Positions 27,699 to 36,945 of a stretch of DNA of 64,000 bases are shown here, one piece after another. The position numbers and the translations under genes are program-made. The notes below the pieces were generated by a model. That model worked only from the letters and a program-made list of their open reading frames with translations, made no database searches and was not told the origin of the DNA. The stretch comes from Turneriella sp. Lineage in GTDB: Bacteria; Spirochaetota; Leptospiria; Turneriellales; Turneriellaceae. The stretch spans positions 224,001-288,000 of the forward strand of contig CBDIID010000003.1 in the NCBI GenBank assembly GCA_965279515.1, read 5' to 3'. Numbering within the stretch: the first letter of the stretch is position 1; each line of letters opens with the position of its first letter.

Positions 27699-30440
27699 AT
27701 GAGTAATGAAGCGACGGATAAGAAATCGAAGGAAACGCAGGTGAATCCCTGGCAGCATACCATCCAGCTGCCGCAGACGGTTTACCCAATGCGCGCCGAT
27801 CTGGCGAAGCGTGAAAATGATATTCTTGCCCTCTGGAAAAAAGAAAGCCTCTTTAAGTCCATCAACGCCAAACGCAAGGCAGCGAATGCCCCGCTCTTTT
27901 TGCTCCATGATGGCCCCCCTTATGCCAACGGCGAATTCCATACCGGGCACGGCCTCAATAAGGTCCTGAAAGATATTTTCAATAAGTATAACCTGCTGCG
28001 CGGCAAGCGTGTGCCGTATGTGCCCGGTTGGGATTGCCACGGCCTGCCGATTGAACTCGCCGCAATCAAAAAACTCGCGAACAAAAAAGACGGTTCCGAT
28101 AAAGATCCGATCCGTATCCGCAAGGCTTGCCGCGAGTATGCGGCGCAGTACATTCAGATTCAGGGCGATGACCAGACACGTTTCGGGGTATTCTGGGATG
28201 ATTCGGATGTAAAGACCGCGCCCAATAATGAATCCTCATTGTTCTATGCGACGATGAGCCCCAAATATGAAGCGGCGATTCTCAAGGTTTTTCGCGATCT
28301 TTTCCTGAAAGATTTAATCTATAAAGGCAAGAAGCCCGTGTATTGGGATGCAACGACGGCCTCAGCCCATGCCGAAGCGGAGATTGAATACCAGGAACAC
28401 GAGTCCCCATCAATCTATGTAAAATTTAAAGTGGCGAATGCAGAGAACACATTCGTGGTCATCTGGACGACAACCCCCTGGACGCTGCCTGCAAACCTCG
28501 GCGTCTCATTCAATGAAAGAATCGAATATGTGATTGTTACGACAGAGCAGGGCAAACTCATTCTTGCCAAAGAGCTGGCTGCCAAAGTGCTCGAAGGCGC
28601 AGGTTTAACTGCTTCGGCCGAAACCCCGATTTCTGTCGCCGAAATCCAGAAGCTGGCAGTCCGCCACCCCTTTATTGACCGCGAATCAAAAGTGCTCTTC
28701 GGTGACCACGTGACTGTGGAAGCCGGTACCGGCGTCGTCCACACCGCCCCTGGCCATGGCCAGGATGACTATAATGTCGGCCTCAAATACGGTTTGGATG
28801 TTCTCTCTCCCGTGGACCACCGCGGCCGTTACACCAAGGAATTTGCCGAAATGGAAGGCAAAAGTGTGTTCGAGGCAAATCCCCTCATCATCGAAAAACT
28901 TAAGGGACTGGGCGTGCTGCTCCATGCCTCGACCTTCAAACACCAGTACCCGCATTCCTGGCGTTCGCACAAACCCCTCATCATGCGCGCGACGCCGCAG
29001 TGGTTTCTCAAGATCGATCCCCTGCGCGAAAAGGCGCTCGAAGAGATCAAAAAGGTCGAGTGGATTCCTGAGTGGGGCGAAAGCCGCTTCACTGCCGCCG
29101 TGAAAACCCGCCCTGACTGGTGCTTAAGCCGCCAGCGTTACTGGGGTGTGCCGATTCCCGCCTTCCAGTGCAAAGACTGCGGCCATGTGCACATGGATGA
29201 AGCGACGCTGAATCACGTCATCGCGCGCGTCGAAAAAAGCGGCGTTGAGGTTTGGTACGAAGAAAGTGCCGCAAACCTTCTGCCCGCCGGCACTGTCTGC
29301 AGCGAATGTAAATCCACGAACCTCGAAAAAGAGAGCGATATTCTCGATGTCTGGTTTGACAGCGGAGTCAGCTGGTATGCAGTCCTCAAAGAGAATCCAG
29401 ACCTGGGCTATCCGGCGGATGTCTACCTCGAAGGTTCGGACCAGCACCGTGGCTGGTTTCAATCCTCCCTTTGGCCAGCCTTGGCACTGACCGGCCAGGC
29501 ACCCTTCAGGAAGGTTGTCACGCACGGTTACATTCTCGACCAACAGGGTCGGGCGATGTCGAAATCGCTGGGCAACGGCATGAACCCGCGCACCGACATC
29601 ATCAACAAGTTCGGCGCCGATATTCTGCGCCTGTGGGTGAGCTCCGAAGATTACCGTACCGATAACAAGATCGGCCCCGAGATGTTGGGCCAGCTCGGTG
29701 ACGCCTACCGCAAGATCCGCAACACACTGCGCTATCTTCTCGGTAATACGCAAGATGGCAGGGCCTCGGCTGCGCTCGGCGATCAGGACATTACGCAGAA
29801 GTTGGATTTATGGGTTTTGGCCGAAGCTGACCAGTTGGTGAAACTGGTCACCGAGGCGTATGACAAGTCTGAATTCCACCTTGTTTACCACCGCACCCTG
29901 CAGTTCTGCACGGTGACACTTTCAAACCTCTATCTCGACATGGTGCGCGATTCCCTCTACTGCGACGCCTTAACTGATCCCAAGCGGAAATCCACCCTGC
30001 GCACGCTGCAGATTCTGGTAGAAACTCTTGTCACCATTCTGGCGCCAGTCCTGAGCTTTACGGCTGAAGAGACTCAGCGCGCCTTTAACGCTAAACAAAG
30101 CGTCTTTGAAAACACCTGGCCCGATCTGACGCGTTTCGCCAATGCCAAACTCATCGAAGAGTTCGAGGCGTTAAAGAAGATCCGCGACGAAGTCAATACC
30201 GCTGCCGAGCCGATGCGCAAGGCGGGTGAAGTGGGTTCGAACGCCGAGGTTGAAGTGGAACTTCAACAGGCCGTAGAAGAGGGGACTGCCCTGCGTTTTC
30301 TGGGCGTGTCAGACCTCAAAACCGGTGCCGCTGGCCTTAAGGTGAATAAATCCGCGAAACCCAAATGCCCGCGCTGCTGGCTGCACCGCGACCTGACAGG
30401 CAAGGGACTTTGCGAGCGTTGTTCAGCCGTGGTTGGCTGA
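27699..30440 (+). CDS. ileS: Isoleucine--tRNA ligase (type 1)
   Basis: LHDGPPYANG, HTGH, PGWDCHGLPIE, EGSDQHRGWF, AMSKS, C-terminal CPRCW..CERC zinc finger. Confidence 0.98.
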   Translation: MSNEATDKKSKETQVNPWQHTIQLPQTVYPMRADLAKRENDILALWKKESLFKSINAKRKAANAPLFLLHDGPPYANGEFHTGHGLNKVLKDIFNKYNLLRGKRVPYVPGWDCHGLPIELAAIKKLANKKDGSDKDPIRIRKACREYAAQYIQIQGDDQTRFGVFWDDSDVKTAPNNESSLFYATMSPKYEAAILKVFRDLFLKDLIYKGKKPVYWDATTASAHAEAEIEYQEHESPSIYVKFKVANAENTFVVIWTTTPWTLPANLGVSFNERIEYVIVTTEQGKLILAKELAAKVLEGAGLTASAETPISVAEIQKLAVRHPFIDRESKVLFGDHVTVEAGTGVVHTAPGHGQDDYNVGLKYGLDVLSPVDHRGRYTKEFAEMEGKSVFEANPLIIEKLKGLGVLLHASTFKHQYPHSWRSHKPLIMRATPQWFLKIDPLREKALEEIKKVEWIPEWGESRFTAAVKTRPDWCLSRQRYWGVPIPAFQCKDCGHVHMDEATLNHVIARVEKSGVEVWYEESAANLLPAGTVCSECKSTNLEKESDILDVWFDSGVSWYAVLKENPDLGYPADVYLEGSDQHRGWFQSSLWPALALTGQAPFRKVVTHGYILDQQGRAMSKSLGNGMNPRTDIINKFGADILRLWVSSEDYRTDNKIGPEMLGQLGDAYRKIRNTLRYLLGNTQDGRASAALGDQDITQKLDLWVLAEADQLVKLVTEAYDKSEFHLVYHRTLQFCTVTLSNLYLDMVRDSLYCDALTDPKRKSTLRTLQILVETLVTILAPVLSFTAEETQRAFNAKQSVFENTWPDLTRFANAKLIEEFEALKKIRDEVNTAAEPMRKAGEVGSNAEVEVELQQAVEEGTALRFLGVSDLKTGAAGLKVNKSAKPKCPRCWLHRDLTGKGLCERCSAVVG

Positions 30441-30485
30441 TTCGCGTCATCCCCGATTTCAACTTAATGTGGAAAATTTTCATGC

Positions 30486-30572
30486 ACCGCAGAGGACGCA
30501 AAGTTGCGCGAAGTTAAGAGGGGCGATAAAGTCAAGTTCCTGTGCTTTGCGTAACTCTGCGTCCTTTGCGGT
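30486..30572. repeat. 28-bp imperfect inverted repeat (REP-like) built from CGCA(G/A)AG subunits
   Basis: ACCGCAGAGGACGCAAAGTTGCGCGAAG (30486-30513) versus CTTTGCGTAACTCTGCGTCCTTTGCGGT (30545-30572); 24/28 complementary. Confidence 0.85.
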
Positions 30573-30617
30573 TAATATTCGCAAGCCATCAATTACAGGC
30601 GACTAGCTTGGTGTTGC

Positions 30618-31028
30618 CTATAAATCCTTACTTTCTTTCTGCATGATCAGCGCGACGGCGGCCAGGGTACGGCTGCGCAGCAGCGTGCTGCTTATGCCAT
30701 GCGTGCGCGGCAAGATGGCGAGGCGGCTTTCGGTGATCTTGTTTGAGTTGTCATGGCCATGTACTAAAAGATCGATCTTGTGCTGGTCGAGAAAAGACTC
30801 TTCAATCAGCCAGGGGCTGGGCACAACTTCATCGACATAGCGCAGTGCCTCGAGCACTTCTTTGCGCTCTTCGAAGCGCAACTCGGGGTCATAACCTTTT
30901 TTTGTACGGATTTCATCGTCGGTCGTGAGCGCCACGATGACATGGCCGAGTTCCTTGGCTTTTTTCAGGAGCCGCACATGCCCGTGGTGTATAAGGGTCG
31001 CAGACATATCGACCATGATTCGCTTCAT
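30618..31028 (-). CDS. Cytidylyltransferase (TagD/RfaE-like)
   Basis: IHHGH (HxGH), VALTTD, ERKEVLEALRYVDEV, RTHGISST. Confidence 0.88.
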   Translation of the reverse strand: MKRIMVDMSATLIHHGHVRLLKKAKELGHVIVALTTDDEIRTKKGYDPELRFEERKEVLEALRYVDEVVPSPWLIEESFLDQHKIDLLVHGHDNSNKITESRLAILPRTHGISSTLLRSRTLAAVALIMQKESKDL

Positions 31029-31069
31029 GGTGCAGCTTGAGGCGTAATATGAGCGGTAAAGGAATTTCA

Positions 31070-31105
31070 TTGACATTATGACCTATATGACCCAATCAGT
31101 CATAT
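31070..31105 (+). promoter_or_regulatory. TA promoter/operator: TTGACA plus ATATGAC-N7-GTCATAT palindrome overlapping the antitoxin ATG
   Basis: TTGACA at 31070-31075; palindrome arms 31085-31091 and 31099-31105; TATGACC direct repeat. Confidence 0.65.
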
Positions 31106-31367
31106 GGACGCAACAGCTCCGGTATCAGAGTTCAAGGCACATTTGAGTCAGTATCTGCGTAGCGTGCAAAATGGCAGCGAACTCATCATCCTCGATCACA
31201 ACCGGCCCATTGCCAGGGTTGTGCCGATCGCATCAGAAAACATGCCAGAGAAGCTTACGATTATTCCCGCCAAGACGAAGAAACTTGTAGATATGAAGTT
31301 AAAAATTAAGCTTGATGTAGATCCGGCGCAGTATGTGATTGAAGATCGTGAAGACCGTATATATTGA
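31104..31367 (+). CDS. vapB: Phd/YefM family antitoxin
   Basis: VSEFKAHLSQYLRSVQNG..IILDHNRPIARVVP. Confidence 0.92.
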   Translation: MDATAPVSEFKAHLSQYLRSVQNGSELIILDHNRPIARVVPIASENMPEKLTIIPAKTKKLVDMKLKIKLDVDPAQYVIEDREDRIY

Positions 31368-31764
31368 TTCTTCCGCGGCGATACGCTGGATTACGAAATC
31401 ACCGGGTTATATCAGCGAATTTGGCCGCTGGCAGCGAGCTGCTTCAAGTCATATTTTCGAAGTCGAATGTCTGCGCACCATGGACCGGCTCAGGTTTGAA
31501 AACAGGCTGAAACCCCAGGATTATCTGGACGCGTTAATGCAATTGCAGGCTCTGATCGATAATCTGGACAAAATTCAACTGTCTTCGGCAATTCTTTTGA
31601 AAGCAAAAAGCAGCTTTATTTATCCGGTAAAAACACTCGATGCAATTCATTTAGCTTCGGCTTCATTATGGCAAGAAAGCTCCTCAGAAGCGGTTACCCT
31701 GGTTTCTCACGATAAAAAAATGAATCTCATTGCAAAATCTCTTGGCCTTGGAACATTGGAATAG
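31348..31764 (+). CDS. vapC: PIN-domain VapC toxin
   Basis: VYIDSSA, EVE, TLDAIHLASA, SHDKK acidic residues; overlaps the antitoxin. Confidence 0.92.
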   Translation: MKTVYIDSSAAIRWITKSPGYISEFGRWQRAASSHIFEVECLRTMDRLRFENRLKPQDYLDALMQLQALIDNLDKIQLSSAILLKAKSSFIYPVKTLDAIHLASASLWQESSSEAVTLVSHDKKMNLIAKSLGLGTLE

Positions 31765-31766
31765 AC

Positions 31767-33314
31767 ATGACAAAACAAAAAATTTTCATCACCACCCCGA
31801 TCTACTACGTCAATGCCCGGCCGCACATCGGTCACGCGTATACAACGATTGCCTGCGACACCTGGGCGCGCTACCAGCGCCTGCAAGGCCGCGAGGTCAA
31901 ATTTCTCACTGGTACTGACGAGCATGGCGACAAGATCGTCAAAGCGGCGGCGGCTGAGGGTAAAACACCTGCGGCATACTGCGATGAGATTTCAGGTGCG
32001 TTTAAATACACTTGGGTTAAACTGGGGCTGACTCCCGACGATTTTATCCGCACGACCGAGCCGCGGCATAAAGAGGTCGTGCAAAAAATTCTGCAAAAGA
32101 TCTATGATGCGGGCGATATCTATGCCGGTGAATACTCGGGTAAGTACTGTTTCGGTTGCGAGCGCTATCTCACCGATAAAGAGCTGAACGATAAGGGGGA
32201 GTGCGAGATCCACCTCACGGTCCCGCAGTTAATTTCAGAGAAGAATTACTTTTTCCGCATGCAGAAGTATCTGCCAATCTGGAAGGACCAACTTCTGAAA
32301 AACCGCTCTTTGGTTGAACCGCAAGGCTATTGTAATGAAGTCATAGGCACTATAGATGAACTTATCAAGAACGGTGAGGATTTATCCATCTCACGGCCGA
32401 AGACGCGTCTGGAGTGGGGCATCGAGATTCCATTCGACAAAGATTATGTCACCTATGTCTGGTTCGATGCGCTCATTAACTACGTCACTGCCATTAATTA
32501 TGGTAATCCCACCTTTGATGACTGGTGGGCAGTGTCGCACCATATGATCGCAAAGGATATCTTGAAGCCGCACGGCGTCTACTGGCCAACGATGCTGATC
32601 GCGATGGGCCTGCCGGTTTATAAGCGCCTCTCGGTGCACGGTTACTGGCTGGGTTTTGCGGACCAGAAGATGTCAAAGAGTTTGGGTAATGCCAAAGACC
32701 CGGTCGAGCTCGCGGGCAAAATCGGCAACGATGCGCTGCGCTTTTTCCTCATGCGCGAGATGAATTTCGGCTCAGACGCGCGCTTCTCGGAAGAGATTAT
32801 GGTGAACCGCCTCAACGCCAATCTGGCGAACGACCTGGGCAACCTCGTGCAGCGGACGCTGTCGATGCTCAAAAAGTATGACTGCGGCCCGAACCCCGAA
32901 TCGTCCGCGCATGCGAGTGCGGCGGGCATCGACGCTTCGCTCAAGACCATGTCTGCAGATTATGTGAAATATTTCGAAAATTTCGAATTCCACAACGCCA
33001 TCGAAGCGGTATTTCTCGTCATCCGCAGCCTCAACAAGGTGGTTGACGATTATAAGCCGTGGTCACTGGCGAAAGAGAATATGGCGGATTGCTCCACGTT
33101 GCTGAATACGCTGTTCCGGGCAATTGCGGCTGTACTGATTTATCTGAAGCCGGTTTTGCCTGAAAAGACGGCGGAGCTGTTGCCTATTATTGGGGTGACG
33201 TCAAAAAAAGCATTCCCCGACACATTGTCTGACATCGAATTTAAAACCCAGAAACTGGATACCTGGCCGATGCTTTTCCAGCGTATGGACCTCACCCCCA
33301 ACCCCTCTCCATGA
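31767..33314 (+). CDS. metG: Methionine--tRNA ligase (no C-terminal tRNA-binding/dimerisation domain)
   Basis: TTPIYYVN, HIGH, GTDEHG, YVWFDAL, KMSKS. Confidence 0.97.
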   Translation: MTKQKIFITTPIYYVNARPHIGHAYTTIACDTWARYQRLQGREVKFLTGTDEHGDKIVKAAAAEGKTPAAYCDEISGAFKYTWVKLGLTPDDFIRTTEPRHKEVVQKILQKIYDAGDIYAGEYSGKYCFGCERYLTDKELNDKGECEIHLTVPQLISEKNYFFRMQKYLPIWKDQLLKNRSLVEPQGYCNEVIGTIDELIKNGEDLSISRPKTRLEWGIEIPFDKDYVTYVWFDALINYVTAINYGNPTFDDWWAVSHHMIAKDILKPHGVYWPTMLIAMGLPVYKRLSVHGYWLGFADQKMSKSLGNAKDPVELAGKIGNDALRFFLMREMNFGSDARFSEEIMVNRLNANLANDLGNLVQRTLSMLKKYDCGPNPESSAHASAAGIDASLKTMSADYVKYFENFEFHNAIEAVFLVIRSLNKVVDDYKPWSLAKENMADCSTLLNTLFRAIAAVLIYLKPVLPEKTAELLPIIGVTSKKAFPDTLSDIEFKTQKLDTWPMLFQRMDLTPNPSP

Positions 33315-33409
33315 TATGGAGAGGGGAGCAAAGTCGATTCATCCGAAAGCCAATTGAATACTCTTTCTCCCCCTCTCCACAAGGTGGAGAGGGGGCCGGG
33401 GGGTGAGGT
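33289..33409. repeat. Paired REP-like element of the CCTCACCCCCnnCCCCTCTCC-loop-GGAGAGGGG family, two inverted units
   Basis: Unit 1 ACCTCACCCCCAACCCCTCTCCAT-GAT-ATGGAGAGGGG (33289-33326); unit 2 CCCCCTCTCCAC-AAG-GTGGAGAGGGGGCCGGGGGGTGAGGT (33369-33409). Confidence 0.9.
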
Positions 33410-33885
33410 TACCCCGCTGCAGGGGACTGCAGTTGCACATAATTCTGTAGCCCCATCTTCTCAATCAGCCCCAACTGCGTTTCGAGGAAGTCGATGTGCT
33501 CTTCTTCAGACGCCAGAATCTCGGCAAATAGAGTGCGCGTCACATAGTCGTTCACGGTTTCGCAGTACGAGACTGAGGATTTCAGCGTCGGCAAGACGTC
33601 GAGTTCGAGCGCCAGATCCGCCTTGATGATCTCTTCGACATTTTCACCGATTCTGAGTTTACCCAGGTCCTGGAGGTTCGGTAAACCTTCGAGAAACAGG
33701 ATACGCTCGATGACGCGGTCTGCGTGCTTCATCTCATCGATCGACTCTTTGTGTTCATGCGAAGCCAGTTTGTCCATGCCCCAGTTTTTGAGGATTTTTG
33801 CGTGCAGGAAATACTGGTTAATCGCTGTGAGTTCATTCTTCAGGTGGTTGTTGAGAAGTTCTATGACTTTTTTGTCGCCTTTCAT
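33409..33885 (-). CDS. bfr: Bacterioferritin
   Basis: [50 protein letters not shown]. Confidence 0.98.
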   Translation of the reverse strand: MKGDKKVIELLNNHLKNELTAINQYFLHAKILKNWGMDKLASHEHKESIDEMKHADRVIERILFLEGLPNLQDLGKLRIGENVEEIIKADLALELDVLPTLKSSVSYCETVNDYVTRTLFAEILASEEEHIDFLETQLGLIEKMGLQNYVQLQSPAAG

Positions 33886-33948
33886 GGTTGCAATGTAGTA
33901 ACGACGGGCAGGGTGGCGAGAAAAAAGCGGTGAAACGGCAGGCCTTGA

Positions 33949-33969
33949 AAATGAGAATGGCCTTCATTT
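33949..33969. promoter_or_regulatory. Fur/PerR-like box candidate upstream of bfr
   Basis: AAATGAGAAT-G-GCCTTCATTT; left half matches AATGAGAAT, right half is partial. Confidence 0.45.
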
Positions 33970-34026
33970 GATCCTGTGGACAAAATTTCTTGACTCGTCC
34001 TCTGTCATTTTGTCACGCTGCCCCCT

Positions 34027-36096
34027 ATGTCTAAAGATAGCAAAGAATCGGCGCTCGAAGGCGGCACGTACGCGCCGTGGCAACGTGAGTTCTTCAAGAA
34101 CATCGACATCTTCATGAAGGCGGGCCTGAAAGAAGAAAAGGCCAAAGAACTGCTGATTAACTATCTGAAACTTTCGTCTGAGACGCCGATCCCGCGTGTT
34201 ATGGAAACATTCAAGGACGAAACCAAGCTTGAAGAAGTGGGCGTCTTCACAAAGCGCGACGACAAACTGCGCGATTTTATGATCGAATTTCTGACGCCCA
34301 TGCTGAAGAAATTCCACATCGAAGGCGAAGAAAACCTCAATGAAATACTGCCGCTCCTGGGTAAATATCCCGTGACGCTGATCTCAAACCATCTCAGCCA
34401 CTTTGATACTGCCGCAATTTACGGCCTTCTTTACAATCATAGCAAAGAAGCGCGCAAACTCGCCGATTCGATGGTTTTCATCGCCGGCCGCCTGGTGTTT
34501 TTGGCAGACTTTACCCGCCTGGGTCTCTATACCATTGAGAGCCTCTTGGTCTGCTCGAAGCGCGATATGACGGATAACCCCGGCATGGCCGACATGATGA
34601 CGCGCATCAACATGCGCTCTTTCCGCCAGGCCGCCGATCTGCAGAAGCAGGGCAAAGTCATCTGTATTTTTCCCGAGGGCACACGCTCGCGTACAGGCCG
34701 CCTCATTACGTTTGTCGATACGGTCTACCACTATGTCATGAATAAGGTCATTGTTCCGATCTCTTTAGTCGGTACTGACAAGATTTTACCTGCCGAAAGC
34801 TTCCTCTTCCAACAGGCGACGGGAAAACTCGTCATTGGCAAGCCCATACTCGTGGGCAAGTTGCACGGTGAAGCCGGCAAAACCTTCCCCGAATCTGTCC
34901 AGCGTCTCGAAATCCCCGAGGTGGAAAATAAAAAGCAGTTTGTCATCGATTCGCTTGCGCTGCTCATCGGTCAAAATCTCGACCGGCACATGCACGGCAC
35001 TTACCGCAACCTCTATCTCGACGACGGTAAAACCAAGAAGAAGAACATCCTCATCCGTGCGGCCTCGACCACGCAGGCTGAAATCGGCATCATTGGCCAT
35101 AGCCCGGGTGCTACAGCAATGGCTGCGGTACTTGCCAATAAACAGGTCAATATCCGCATCTATATCCCGAGCGCAGATAAGGCCAAGGCATTTAACGAGG
35201 TCAATACTGATCTCGGGAATTTTCCCCTCTTTAAGTTGCCTCCCAATATTGCATTTACTTCAGACCCGAAAGATCTCTCCAAATGCAGTGTCTACATCCA
35301 GGGAGTGCGACCGTGGGAACTCGAGCAGTACTATGAGAAGATTACGCCAATTCTGAACGAGAGTTATGCGACAATCATCGGGATTGTGAAGGGGTTTACG
35401 GGCTCGAAATACGGTATCATTTTCGACGATCTCGAAAAGATCTTTAAGATTAACCCGGCGCGCTTTGCCGTCATGTCCGGGGCCAATTACCCCGAGCAGA
35501 TTTTGGAGCGCAAACCCGGCGGTTTTGAACTCGCGGCGGTGAATACCTCGCTCATCAACGATCTCATCGACTTCTTTACTACGGGCTATATCTTTACGCG
35601 CCCGGCAGTGAATCCCTACGATGTGCGTGGTCTACAGCTGGGCGGCGCCCTGAAGAACATCTATGCTTTGGGCGTGGGCCTTGTCGACGGTTACTATGAG
35701 AAGAACCTGGGTGGCAATAACGACTCGACGCTATTCCATTTGGCACACCGGATTTCCGCTGAAATGGCGAATATGGTCGTCGAGATGGGCGGGCGTAAAT
35801 CGACGCTGGCGGGGGTTGCCGGTATCACGGACCTGATGCTCAGCTGCTTTGGCCAGGACAGCCATGACCGCCAGTACGGGCATGACTTTGTGTTCGAGAC
35901 GCACGATAAGACGAAGATGCTCTCCGGTGTCTATGGCGTGAAGGCGCTGCCGAAGCTCGTCAAGCTGCGCGATGAAAAGTTCCCGATAGCCAAGGCCATC
36001 CACGATGTTATAGAAGAAGGCAAGAATCTCGACGACGCCATCGAGCGTATTGCCGAGACCTTTGCCATGTCGCGTTCGGTACAGTTCCGGGATTGA
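34027..36096 (+). CDS. PlsC-family acyltransferase fused to an NAD(P)H glycerol-3-phosphate dehydrogenase (GpsA)-like domain
   Basis: SNHLSHFD, FPEGTRSR in the N-terminal half; VKGF, MSGANY, GGALKNIYALGVG, AGITDL in the C-terminal half. Confidence 0.9.
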   Translation: MSKDSKESALEGGTYAPWQREFFKNIDIFMKAGLKEEKAKELLINYLKLSSETPIPRVMETFKDETKLEEVGVFTKRDDKLRDFMIEFLTPMLKKFHIEGEENLNEILPLLGKYPVTLISNHLSHFDTAAIYGLLYNHSKEARKLADSMVFIAGRLVFLADFTRLGLYTIESLLVCSKRDMTDNPGMADMMTRINMRSFRQAADLQKQGKVICIFPEGTRSRTGRLITFVDTVYHYVMNKVIVPISLVGTDKILPAESFLFQQATGKLVIGKPILVGKLHGEAGKTFPESVQRLEIPEVENKKQFVIDSLALLIGQNLDRHMHGTYRNLYLDDGKTKKKNILIRAASTTQAEIGIIGHSPGATAMAAVLANKQVNIRIYIPSADKAKAFNEVNTDLGNFPLFKLPPNIAFTSDPKDLSKCSVYIQGVRPWELEQYYEKITPILNESYATIIGIVKGFTGSKYGIIFDDLEKIFKINPARFAVMSGANYPEQILERKPGGFELAAVNTSLINDLIDFFTTGYIFTRPAVNPYDVRGLQLGGALKNIYALGVGLVDGYYEKNLGGNNDSTLFHLAHRISAEMANMVVEMGGRKSTLAGVAGITDLMLSCFGQDSHDRQYGHDFVFETHDKTKMLSGVYGVKALPKLVKLRDEKFPIAKAIHDVIEEGKNLDDAIERIAETFAMSRSVQFRD

Positions 36097-36252
36097 TTTT
36101 GTGCGCACCCGGCTTTGCGGGCTGGTCCGCGTGCCTGGCGCAAAATCAAGCCCCGCGAGAAGAGCAGGCTTTGGCTCGCTTCCTGCGCAATTAATTTAAC
36201 AAAGCGGATTTAATTGCTTAAACAAACGACATAACTCCACGATAATATATCC

Positions 36253-36936
36253 GTGGAGTATGTAGCGTTCTTATTCCTGGGTTTAGGGGTACTGCTTGTG
36301 CTTGCCGGAGTTTTGCTCCAGGTAAGGGAAAAACAGGCCGGTGCGGCCAATACTTTTGAAGATTATTTAACCAAAACCGGCTCCAGTGCGATCAAAGTCG
36401 AGCCGTTCAAGAGCATTGCGGCTGCTCCGGTATCCATGCCGCAATTGGCGACAACACCTGTGGCCGCACCTGTAGAACATTCTACTCCGGCAGCGATGGG
36501 CCACGCCGTACCAGGGCCATTCCAGTTTGTACAGGACGAACCGCCGCCGCCACCACCGCCGCCGGTTCAACCTGCGGTAGCCGTAAAGGTACAACAGAGC
36601 AATCCGCGGCTCTTCGAGAAATTCGCCTACCTCTACCTGGATTCCAGCCAGCGCAATGTCTATGACGGTGCCGGCTCGGCCGTGGCTTTTGACCTGTCTG
36701 AAGTCAGTGGCATACGGCGCTTCGGTCGTGGTGTCTTCGCCTATGACGGTTTTAGTTTTTATTTCGACCATACCAGCGGGCAGGAGCGTTTTCCGCTCAA
36801 CAATTTGAAGACCGTCGGGTTTTACCCGAACTGCGTTGCATTGACTTTCCGTACCAGCCAGCCAGTTGCTTTACTGTTCATGGAAGAAACAGAGAGCATC
36901 CGCAAAGTGCTGGAAACATTCCGCACCCCAGGCTGA
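36253..36936 (+). CDS. Hypothetical membrane-anchored protein with a Pro-rich linker
   Basis: N-terminal TM, PPPPPPPP tract, beta-rich C-terminal domain. Confidence 0.7.
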   Translation: MEYVAFLFLGLGVLLVLAGVLLQVREKQAGAANTFEDYLTKTGSSAIKVEPFKSIAAAPVSMPQLATTPVAAPVEHSTPAAMGHAVPGPFQFVQDEPPPPPPPPVQPAVAVKVQQSNPRLFEKFAYLYLDSSQRNVYDGAGSAVAFDLSEVSGIRRFGRGVFAYDGFSFYFDHTSGQERFPLNNLKTVGFYPNCVALTFRTSQPVALLFMEETESIRKVLETFRTPG

Positions 36937-36945
36937 TGCGCACGA

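Noticed and set aside
36093..36149. Hairpin TTGATTTTG...CAAAATCAA after the plsC-gpsA stop
   Set aside because: Real dyad but most simply a 3'-end or terminator structure; no second copy seen in the window.
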